NCBI GenBank assembly: GCA_964595645.1
Contig: CAZQQT010000005.1
Location: 96,001-160,000, forward strand
DNA length: 64,000 nt
Direction of reading: 5' to 3'
From: an uncultured Thermococci archaeon
Lineage (GTDB): Archaea > Methanobacteriota_B > Thermococci > Methanofastidiosales > B48-G16
In this document: in pieces, positions 56,379 to 64,000 of the stretch
Layout: the number at the start of each line of letters is the position of its first letter
How positions within the stretch are numbered: position 1 is the first letter of the stretch
Made by a program: the position numbers and the translations under genes
The notes under the pieces: generated by a model
Database searches by the model: none
What the model was told of the DNA's origin: nothing
Seen by the model: only the letters and a program-made list of their open reading frames with translations

Positions 56379-57496
56379 AACGAAGAATGCTCTATACGAC
56401 GTTTTTGGCCCATATGGTTGATGATGGGTGCGAAATGGTGTTATTCCCGCTATTTCCATTGATCGGAAAAGAATTTTCATTCTCAGAGGCACAGATAGGG
56501 CTTCTTGCAGGGACATTGGCAATTACTGCAGGTTTTTTTCAGTTTATCACAGGGTACCTCTCAGATTACCTCGAAAGAAAAAAGGATCTTGTCAGCGTGG
56601 CGTTTTTCATCTTGGCGTTATCTTTTTTCTTTGTGTCGTTCGGCGATTCTTTTTATACCATCTTTATTGCTGTGTGTTTGGCAGGATTTGGCCTTTCATT
56701 TTATCATCCCATCGGTATCTCAGTAATTACAACACATTTTCGAGCGGAACGAGGAAAGGCTATTGGTGTTCACGGGACGGGAGGCGCAGTAGGGTTATTG
56801 GTGTTTCCTACATACAGTGGATTTCTCGCCGATATTTTTGGATGGCGTCCCGTACTGTGGATTACGGCTGCGATTTGCATAACTATTGCAGTACTCTACT
56901 ACGTTTTTGTTACCGATGTTCCATTCAACCGCTCGAGAGGGAGAATCACGGTGCTCCTCTCTATTACAGCGATTCTCGTGATGATTGTACTTGGAGTCAC
57001 GACAATGTGCAGCAAGGGATTTTCTACCTTCTTTCCCGTACATCTCGATAGGTTAGGATACAGCTCTGGATTTTACGGTTCACTGCTCTCAGTGTTTTTA
57101 GGCATGGGTATTTTCGGGCAGTATGTAGGCGGATCACTTGCAGATGAGATTTCTCCCAGGAAAATTGTTTCTTCTTCCCTCATTCTCACCGCCGTATTTT
57201 TTGTCTTGCTCCTCCAAACAGAAAATAACTATCTGCTGTATGCGTACGCAGCACTCTCCGGATTGTTCATGTCGATCGTGTGGCCAGCACTTTTTGCGTA
57301 CGTAGCAAAAATTATGCCCGAGAACATGCACAGTCGGGGACTCGGTGTGTTTCTCACCGTGTCGGCAGTGATGGGTGGCTCTTCACCCATTTTTATGGGA
57401 TCGATAGCCGGCATGATCGGTCTCGAGACAACACTGTTCATACTTCCCCTCCTTGCTCTCCTGGGTGCTGTAATCATGCTCGGCGTGCGAAAATGA
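56375..57496 (+). CDS. MFS transporter
   Basis: About 12 hydrophobic segments, GYLSD, YHP, RG.A.G, GG.LAD. Confidence 0.9.
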   Translation: MKRRMLYTTFLAHMVDDGCEMVLFPLFPLIGKEFSFSEAQIGLLAGTLAITAGFFQFITGYLSDYLERKKDLVSVAFFILALSFFFVSFGDSFYTIFIAVCLAGFGLSFYHPIGISVITTHFRAERGKAIGVHGTGGAVGLLVFPTYSGFLADIFGWRPVLWITAAICITIAVLYYVFVTDVPFNRSRGRITVLLSITAILVMIVLGVTTMCSKGFSTFFPVHLDRLGYSSGFYGSLLSVFLGMGIFGQYVGGSLADEISPRKIVSSSLILTAVFFVLLLQTENNYLLYAYAALSGLFMSIVWPALFAYVAKIMPENMHSRGLGVFLTVSAVMGGSSPIFMGSIAGMIGLETTLFILPLLALLGAVIMLGVRK

Positions 57497-57545
57497 AAGA
57501 TAGTTGCATATAAGAAGTGAATACCTCTCTTTCATATGTTGGGGG

Positions 57546-57962
57546 TCATTGCAAAGAGTATTCAAATTTTTCTTTAAATAATAGATCAAGATCCTTATCA
57601 TGTACATAAAGTGTATTATTTACGTCCCAAGAGATTAATTCATTATACCTAATTTCGTCATTACTCAATTTAATATCTCCTAACTTTATCTCTTTCACGT
57701 TACTGTCAACCTCAATTGAAAGAGGGCTTCTAAGTGACGCAGCATTCGATATTATAATTCTTGAATCAAAAGTTCCATAAATTAACTCTTTTTTATCTTT
57801 ATTTCCCATTCTACTAAGAAAATTCCCAGTCATGGTAGTAGTGATGTTTATATTTTCTAATAATATAGGGAAGGATGAAGATGTATACAAAACAATAATT
57901 CCCATGCCACTTATAGTTAGTAAAACTAATACGATCCGCCCTACAAATCTGAAATATCCCAT
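57546..57962 (-). CDS. AT-rich hypothetical protein with N-terminal TM (possibly a remnant)
   Basis: 138-aa ORF, N-terminal hydrophobic helix, visibly lower GC than flanks. Confidence 0.45.
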   Translation of the reverse strand: MGYFRFVGRIVLVLLTISGMGIIVLYTSSSFPILLENINITTTMTGNFLSRMGNKDKKELIYGTFDSRIIISNAASLRSPLSIEVDSNVKEIKLGDIKLSNDEIRYNELISWDVNNTLYVHDKDLDLLFKEKFEYSLQ

Positions 57963-58056
57963 ATTCTACCAAGTGAGTCCTTATATTTATATTTTTTCAT
58001 TAAACCGATTAATATATATTACCAGTGAAAAAAACTGAGGGTCTTAAATTGCTCTT

Positions 58057-59214
58057 TTACTTCATATGAAGTTCGACAATATCGCCATCCTCTACCCTGT
58101 GGTCTGCACCCGCCTGCTGACCATCATACTTCACTGAGTCACCCCATATCTTCGCATACTTGAAATTTCTATAGAATTGTTTGTGGACTCCTCTGGCAAC
58201 ATCCAGTACTGTGTCTCCTTTTTTCATTGCGATAGGAGGATAATCGGGATCGGACCCTGGTGATTTTGTGAATACTCGCACGATATTGAGTGTATCATAG
58301 ATTTTTCGCTTTGTTTTCTCAATATTTATCTCTTTCTTTGCAGAGAGAGGAACGATATCGAACGCCGGATATGTTTCTTTAAGACGCTTCAAATTTTTCT
58401 TGCTCTGTCCGAGATCCCCTTTGTTTCCGAGGATAAAGGCTTTTTTATAGGTTAAATTCCTATTTAAGGAGTCTAAAAAGTCTTCAAGTGTTATTTCTTC
58501 TTTAATAATTACAAGTGCATTGGGTATTTTATGTTCCACCAGCATCTGTCTGATCTCACTTACATCGGGAACGTATTTCTTCCCTCGAACTTCTATTCCG
58601 CCTGTAGATTGCCTCTTTATTTCTATTTCAGGCCTTTTTTTATTGATTCTAAATCCTGATTTGTGCAGTTCGTCGAGCAGAATGTCCATCTCGTTTACAG
58701 GGTCCCTGCTGAGGTCTACTACAAAGGCGAGACAGTCCGCATTTCGTATGGCGCTGATGAGCTGAAATCCAAATCCTTTTCCCACAGAGACCCCCTCGAT
58801 TATCGCCGGCATATCAATAATTTGGATCTGGATATCCTTGTATTCCAACATCCCGGGGGTAGGAAGTGTGGTGGTGAGCGGGTAGGCCGCTATCTCTGCG
58901 TCCGCGTGAGTAAGAACGTTGAGAATGGATGATTTTCCTGTATTTGGAAGGCCTACCAACGCTACTTGGGCCGTACCTTCCTTTTTTATGGAGAAACTCG
59001 GTCCTCCCCCCTTTTTGGTAGCCTTCGTTTTCTCCAGTTCCTCCCGATACTTGGAGAGTCTCTTCTTGATGTGCAGCCTCATTTTTTCAGTACCCTTATG
59101 TTTGGGTATTGTTGAGTACATCCTTTCCAAGGCCCTCACCTTTTCCGCAGGTGTCTGCGCCTTTCTGTACTCTTCTTCTGCTACGAGGTATTCTTTTGTC
59201 ACGTTGGCAGGCAT
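58057..59214 (-). CDS. DRG/OBG-family GTPase with TGS domain
   Basis: PKHKGTE, GLPNTGKS, Y.LTT..P.PGM, D.PA, NKGD, C-terminal TGS (D.D.VE.H). Confidence 0.93.
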   Translation of the reverse strand: MPANVTKEYLVAEEEYRKAQTPAEKVRALERMYSTIPKHKGTEKMRLHIKKRLSKYREELEKTKATKKGGGPSFSIKKEGTAQVALVGLPNTGKSSILNVLTHADAEIAAYPLTTTLPTPGMLEYKDIQIQIIDMPAIIEGVSVGKGFGFQLISAIRNADCLAFVVDLSRDPVNEMDILLDELHKSGFRINKKRPEIEIKRQSTGGIEVRGKKYVPDVSEIRQMLVEHKIPNALVIIKEEITLEDFLDSLNRNLTYKKAFILGNKGDLGQSKKNLKRLKETYPAFDIVPLSAKKEINIEKTKRKIYDTLNIVRVFTKSPGSDPDYPPIAMKKGDTVLDVARGVHKQFYRNFKYAKIWGDSVKYDGQQAGADHRVEDGDIVELHMK

Positions 59215-59294
59215 ACATCTACTATCCTGAAAAATTTAAAAAAGGTAACTGATAGATGAAAAAGTATTTAAAGATAGAACTATAAAAATGGACT

Positions 59295-59561
59295 ATGGAT
59301 GAAGACATAGTGAATCTATTTTTTAAAGAAAAAACTTTAAAAATATTTCTCCATACAAAAGAAGAGGAATATGCAACTAAAATAAGGGATAAAGCTGTTT
59401 GTATGTACAGTTATGTAATAACGACGCTACGAAAGTTTGAGGAATTAGGGCTCGTTACTTCAAAAAAGGAAGGAAGAATTAAGCGGTACTCCCTGACGAA
59501 AAAGGGAAAAAAATTGGATAAAAACCTGAGAGATTTACTTGACACTACAAAAAACACGTGA
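59295..59561 (+). CDS. Small winged-helix (MarR-like) regulator
   Basis: YATKI...YSYV...L...EELGLV...KEGR.K...LT.KG. Confidence 0.8.
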   Translation: MDEDIVNLFFKEKTLKIFLHTKEEEYATKIRDKAVCMYSYVITTLRKFEELGLVTSKKEGRIKRYSLTKKGKKLDKNLRDLLDTTKNT

Positions 59562-60810
59562 TATCTTCACCAGCGTACATAGTGGACGGCTCTTCTCCTA
59601 TTTTCAGTAGTCTGTTGTATTTGGCCACTCTTTCTCCTCTGCATGGTGCTCCCGTCTTGATTTGTCCAGCGTTGAGTGCTACGCTTATATCTGCAATACT
59701 TGTATCTTCTGTTTCCCCGGATCTGTGCGAAACAACTACGTTGTAGTTATTTCTCAGTGCAATTTCCGCTGCTTCTATTGCTTCTGTGATCGTCCCTATT
59801 TGGTTTATTTTTAGTAACAATGCGTTGCACATCCCTTCGTCTATACCTTTCCACAGAAGCTTTGGATTCGTTACGAAGATATCGTCGCCTACTATCTGTA
59901 TATCAAGCTCTTCAGTAATCGCTTTAAATCCGTCATAATCATCTTCATAGAACGGATCTTCAATGGATATGATATCGTACGTAGAAATGAGCTCCTTGTA
60001 CTGTTCAAGAAGTTCCATGTTTGTGTATTCTTTGTTCCCAATGGCATATTTCTCTGTTTTTTTATCATAAAAATATGAAGGAGCTGCATCGATAGCAAAC
60101 TTGATATTTTCTCCATACCCGAGGTTTTCTCTCGCTTTTGCTATTACCTCAAATGGTTCCTCGATATCTTTCATGGCGGGTGCAAACCCACCTTCGTCTC
60201 CAACATTCACTGCACTTTTTCCATAGTCCTCCTTTAACACGGTTTTTAGTTCATGGTACATTTCACTCCCAATTCTGAGAGCTTCTTTGAACTCCTTGAC
60301 GTTTACTGGCAGTATCATGAACTCCTGGAACTCCAGATCATTCCCTGCATGCTCACCGCCGTTGATAATGTTCATCAAAGGTACCGGAAGGATAAAGCTG
60401 TTGGGATTGAGGTATTTGTATAGTGGGAGGCCCAAAGAACTGGCTGCAGCCCTGGCACATCCTAAGGAGACACTCAGCATAGCATTCGCCCCAAGGTGCG
60501 ACTTATTTTCAGTACCATCCATCTCAAGCATCAAAAGATCAATTTCTCTCTGGTTCAGTATATTTTTTCCGATGAGTGCCGGTGCAATTTTTTCGTTCAC
60601 ATGCGTTACAGCTTTCTGTACCCCCCTTCCTTGATATCTCTCTTTACCATCTCTTAGTTCTAAGGCTTCTTTTTCCCCTACAGAAGCTCCAGATGGCACC
60701 ATTGCATATCCAAAACCGTATCCTGTCTCTACCTCACATGCAATTGTTGGGTTTCCTCTCGAGTCAAGAATTTCTCGTGCCCTTATATATGTTATATCAA
60801 TCTCATTCAT
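59545..60810 (-). CDS. eno: Enolase
   Basis: REILDSRGNPT, VPSGAS, GDEGGF, VGDD.FVTN, LLKINQIGT, VSHRSGETED, QIKTGAP.R.ER..KYN. Confidence 0.97.
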   Translation of the reverse strand: MNEIDITYIRAREILDSRGNPTIACEVETGYGFGYAMVPSGASVGEKEALELRDGKERYQGRGVQKAVTHVNEKIAPALIGKNILNQREIDLLMLEMDGTENKSHLGANAMLSVSLGCARAAASSLGLPLYKYLNPNSFILPVPLMNIINGGEHAGNDLEFQEFMILPVNVKEFKEALRIGSEMYHELKTVLKEDYGKSAVNVGDEGGFAPAMKDIEEPFEVIAKARENLGYGENIKFAIDAAPSYFYDKKTEKYAIGNKEYTNMELLEQYKELISTYDIISIEDPFYEDDYDGFKAITEELDIQIVGDDIFVTNPKLLWKGIDEGMCNALLLKINQIGTITEAIEAAEIALRNNYNVVVSHRSGETEDTSIADISVALNAGQIKTGAPCRGERVAKYNRLLKIGEEPSTMYAGEDITCFL

Positions 60811-60904
60811 AGCATTAGATTGAGAGCACAAGTTAAAATATTTTTTCATGTCATATCCAACCGAAAATCGCAATGTATAAATATTTCTCTCCCAGTACGA
60901 AAGC

Positions 60905-61288
60905 ATGCAGCAGTTTACCGTGAGTACAAAAGGAGAGACCGATCTGATGAATATCACACGAGAAATTGAACATCGTGTGGAAGGTACCGGTGTAATTGCA
61001 GTGTTCACTCCCCATACAACATGTTCATTACTGATCAACGAGGATGAATCTGGACTGCGCGAGGATATTCTAAATTTTTACTCAGAACTGGCACCTAAAG
61101 GAGCTTACAAACATAATAGAGTAGACAACAACGCACATGCACACCTCAGATCCCTTTTTAATACAGGACTCACGATCCTTGTGGAAAATGGGAAATTAGC
61201 GTTGGGAACATGGCAGAGCGTATTTTTAATGGAGAGTGATGGACCGAGAACAAGAAAGGTTTATATTGCGATGATCGGTAAAAAGTAA
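60905..61288 (+). CDS. yjbQ: YjbQ / UPF0047 family protein
   Basis: HTT..L.INE.E, Y.H...NA.AH, LGTWQ..F..E.DGPR.R. Confidence 0.92.
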   Translation: MQQFTVSTKGETDLMNITREIEHRVEGTGVIAVFTPHTTCSLLINEDESGLREDILNFYSELAPKGAYKHNRVDNNAHAHLRSLFNTGLTILVENGKLALGTWQSVFLMESDGPRTRKVYIAMIGKK

Positions 61289-61340
61289 GAAGACCAAAAA
61301 AATAATAAATAAAGAAAAGAATCAGGATGTAGGTGAGGTC

Positions 61341-62000
61341 ATGGAAGAAGAGAATGAAAACGAGATAAAAGAAGAAGAGGGATTTTGGACGCTGAAGAAG
61401 ATTATAGGTGTAGTCCTGGCTGTACTAATAATCTCATTTGTGTTGATGGGTACAGCTGTATGGAGAGGGCTGAGAGATATTGCAGACGATGAGAAAATAC
61501 TGACGGTTGTGGAGCAAGGTGATGTTGCAAAAGCAGCATCTATTTATGATACCCCTTCTGGTGAGGGAAAAGCAGTCAATGTAGAGGTGCTTCCTGCACT
61601 GAGCAATATCGAAACGTTCTATAACGCTGTTGTGGATGAGTATGGGCATATTGATAGGATGATAATTGCCGATACCGAAGCAGTCTACACGCTTAGTCTG
61701 GATCCTTCCATTTCGTTTAGAGGTACAGATGTTGACAGAAATACACTGGTCGAATGGGTGGTGGGACGAGAGTACCCGCCGGAGAGTGTCCAGCAGGGTC
61801 AGGTAGCCTGGGAGTTCAGGGCTGACCTTCTCAACGAGTGGTTCGACTACTACTATGACAGACTTGATCAGGGAAAGTACAGGCAGCCATTAATTGAGAA
61901 TGTAATGGACCTCTATAGAAATGATCATGTCACTATCTACAAATCGAATATGGCGTTGACACTGATGAAGTACCTTTCGATCGAAAAAATAATTCCTTAA
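61341..62000 (+). CDS. Hypothetical single-TM membrane protein
   Basis: GGTGAGG SD; acidic N-terminus; one TM; ~170-aa extracytoplasmic domain. Confidence 0.7.
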   Translation: MEEENENEIKEEEGFWTLKKIIGVVLAVLIISFVLMGTAVWRGLRDIADDEKILTVVEQGDVAKAASIYDTPSGEGKAVNVEVLPALSNIETFYNAVVDEYGHIDRMIIADTEAVYTLSLDPSISFRGTDVDRNTLVEWVVGREYPPESVQQGQVAWEFRADLLNEWFDYYYDRLDQGKYRQPLIENVMDLYRNDHVTIYKSNMALTLMKYLSIEKIIP

Positions 62001-62014
62001 TTTTTCTTTTTGGC

Positions 62015-62086
62015 GGGCTCGTAGCTCAGTGGAAGAGCACTGCCTTCGCAAGGCAGGGGCCGCGGGTTCAAATCCCGCCGAGTCCA
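62015..62086 (+). tRNA. tRNA-Ala(CGC)
   Basis: Acceptor stem GGGCTCG/CGAGTCC with G3-U70; anticodon arm CTGCC-TTCGCAA-GGCAG; T-loop GGTTCAAATCC; CCA not encoded. Confidence 0.96.
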
Positions 62087-62278
62087 TTCTTTTTTTCCTG
62101 AAGATGCAGAACTTTATGGGGTTTCTACTTTCACCATATTCTGCTGACATGATCAACACAGAAAAATTTGTACGAAAGATAGTGCCCATAGAGTTTTCTC
62201 ATATTCTTAGAAAAGATGAATATTTTTTCATCGAAACCTTTTTATGTGTATCACAGTCATCAGTGATAGGGTGAAATC

Positions 62279-63619
62279 ATGCCTGAAGAACTAAACCCGT
62301 TTAAGATAGCACAGAAACAGCTGGATACTGCAGCTGAGGTAATGGAGCTCGATGAGGATGTACATGCGTACCTCAGAGAACCCAAACGATTTTTACGGAT
62401 CACCGTGCCGGTGAGAATGGACGATGGTTGTACAAAAACATTTATTGGATTTCGCTGTCAGTACAACGATGACCGAGGACCGACGAAAGGAGGACTCAGA
62501 TGGCACCCCGAAGAGACTGCAGATACCGTGAAAGCATTGGCCGCGTGGATGACGTGGAAATGTGCTGTAGTGGATGTACCCTACGGTGGGGGGAAAGGAG
62601 GAGTTATCTGCAATCCCAAGAAAATGAGCGATGAAGAGAAAGAACGGCTGGCACGAGGCTATATACGTGCAGTCGGTGAGTTCATCGGTCCTGAAAAGGA
62701 TATACCTGCGCCTGATGTGTATACGGATCCTCAAATCATGGCCTGGATGATGGATGAGTTCAGTACAATTCGAGGATACTATACTCCTGGTGTCATTACA
62801 GGTAAACCTGTTAGTGTGGGTGGCTGCAAAGGACGAGGGGATGCCACCGCTCGAGGGGGGATGTACGTCTTGAGAGAAGGTGCCAAATCTGTGGGCCTCA
62901 AACTGGAAGAAAATGCTAAGAATGTGTACAAACCGTATGAAGAACTGAGAAAGATAGAGGATCCCACTCCACCGAAGGATGCGTTGACTGTTGCGATACA
63001 AGGCTATGGAAACGCAGGTCAGTATGCACACTTGCTGTTAACTAGACTGTTCAAGAACGTAAAGGTTGTAGCAGTAAGTGATTCTAAAGGTGGGATATAC
63101 AATGAAGACGGATTAATGTTCAATAAGACTGTTGATGTTAAACAGAGCACTGGCACTGTTACAAACCATAAAAATGCCAAAAAGATATCAAACGAAGAAC
63201 TTCTCGAGTTAGATGTGGATATTCTTGTCCCGGCAGCATTAGAGAATGTTATAAGAGAAGATAACGCTGGCAATATACGAGCGAATATACTTTTAGAGTT
63301 GGCAAACGGCCCCACAACCCCAGACGCTGACAATATACTGCATGAGAACAATGTACTTGTGCTACCTGACTTCCTGGCAAACGCTGGTGGTGTAACTGTG
63401 TCGTACTTTGAATGGGTACAGAACAACTATGGTTACTACTGGGAGTTTGAAGAGGTGTATGAGAGGCTCGATAAGAAGATGAGTCAGGCCACCTGGGACG
63501 TACTCAATAAACAGGAGGAGTACCAAGATAAGGGGAAGGATATTCATACGAGAACAGCAGCGTATATTGTAAGCGTTGGACGAGTTGCAGAAGCAGTAAC
63601 GACAAGAGGTATCGTGTAA
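62279..63619 (+). CDS. gdhA: Glutamate dehydrogenase
   Basis: [63 protein letters not shown]. Confidence 0.96.
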   Translation: MPEELNPFKIAQKQLDTAAEVMELDEDVHAYLREPKRFLRITVPVRMDDGCTKTFIGFRCQYNDDRGPTKGGLRWHPEETADTVKALAAWMTWKCAVVDVPYGGGKGGVICNPKKMSDEEKERLARGYIRAVGEFIGPEKDIPAPDVYTDPQIMAWMMDEFSTIRGYYTPGVITGKPVSVGGCKGRGDATARGGMYVLREGAKSVGLKLEENAKNVYKPYEELRKIEDPTPPKDALTVAIQGYGNAGQYAHLLLTRLFKNVKVVAVSDSKGGIYNEDGLMFNKTVDVKQSTGTVTNHKNAKKISNEELLELDVDILVPAALENVIREDNAGNIRANILLELANGPTTPDADNILHENNVLVLPDFLANAGGVTVSYFEWVQNNYGYYWEFEEVYERLDKKMSQATWDVLNKQEEYQDKGKDIHTRTAAYIVSVGRVAEAVTTRGIV

Positions 63620-63677
63620 CTCTTACTCTTCTTTCCTTTATTTTTTTCACTCTTCTAAAAATCAAAAAAATCTGTGT

Positions 63678-63908
63678 TCATTCATTATGGTTTGGAGGTC
63701 TACGTTTTATTTCTATTCCCCCTCGTTCCGGCCAGTTCTCTGCCTTCTGTATAATAATCATATTCTCTCTCACGCGGACAAATACTTCATCTCCTATTTT
63801 GAATCCTGCTGCCTGCAGCTCGTCTTCGTTCAGACTTAAGTGAGCATTGTGATATTTTCCATCTTCGCCTTTTCTTCCACTCGGACTTAGTTTCTTTTTA
63901 CGAACCAT
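63678..63908 (-). CDS. Small AbrB/SymE-like swapped-hairpin protein
   Basis: L...L.AAGF.IGD.V.VRVREN.III pattern. Confidence 0.6.
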   Translation of the reverse strand: MVRKKKLSPSGRKGEDGKYHNAHLSLNEDELQAAGFKIGDEVFVRVRENMIIIQKAENWPERGGIEIKRRPPNHNE

Positions 63909-64000
63909 TCGATTACCCTTATGTTGTAGGAGAGTTACACTCTTCTTTATATTTCTTTCTGTTATTTATTTGGGATTTTTAAATCTTCTCCCATAATAGA

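Noticed and set aside
60811-61038. N-terminal extension of enolase
   Set aside because: It overlaps the divergent yjbQ; the enolase motif begins right after ATG 60810.
62015-62086. tRNA as an integration site for a mobile element
   Set aside because: No integrase and no duplicated tRNA 3' end were seen in the window.
1-64000. CRISPR array, transposases, defence islands
   Set aside because: No regularly spaced repeats and no cas, transposase or restriction genes were recognised; vapBC is the only such module.

Overview
Archaeal chromosomal segment. Archaeal markers are tgtA, Rpp21, 7S SRP RNA, a DRG GTPase, TATA-type promoters with many leaderless starts and a Thermococcales-like GDH. The gene content fits an anaerobic amino-acid fermenter; a Thermococci-related uncultured lineage such as Methanofastidiosia or Theionarchaea is a guess only. 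Housekeeping genes: tgtA, topA, rnp4, nfo, cysS, eno, gdhA, SRP RNA and tRNA-Ala(CGC). Metabolic genes: a form III RuBisCO coupled to a GNAT and a PurM/HypE-like gene, an ftcd-cyclodeaminase-fhs tetrahydrofolate operon, a partly decayed hydantoin/amino-acid catabolic locus with a vapBC module, and a tungsten AOR locus. The most notable region is a ~15 kb redox cluster (36029-51290). It contains a canonical nfnAB; then a tightly coupled five-gene unit of HydC/HydB-like subunits, a HydA/NuoG-like subunit with no catalytic site, a variant NfnA with an altered nucleotide pocket and a second NfnB; then a CoA-disulfide-reductase-like flavoprotein and a group 3b [NiFe]-hydrogenase with fused beta and gamma subunits. 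This is the best candidate for an undescribed electron-bifurcating system. Several pseudogenes missing or fragmented in the ORF track were reconstructed by hand. No CRISPR array, transposase or integrase was seen. All assignments come from motif recognition, not database searches.
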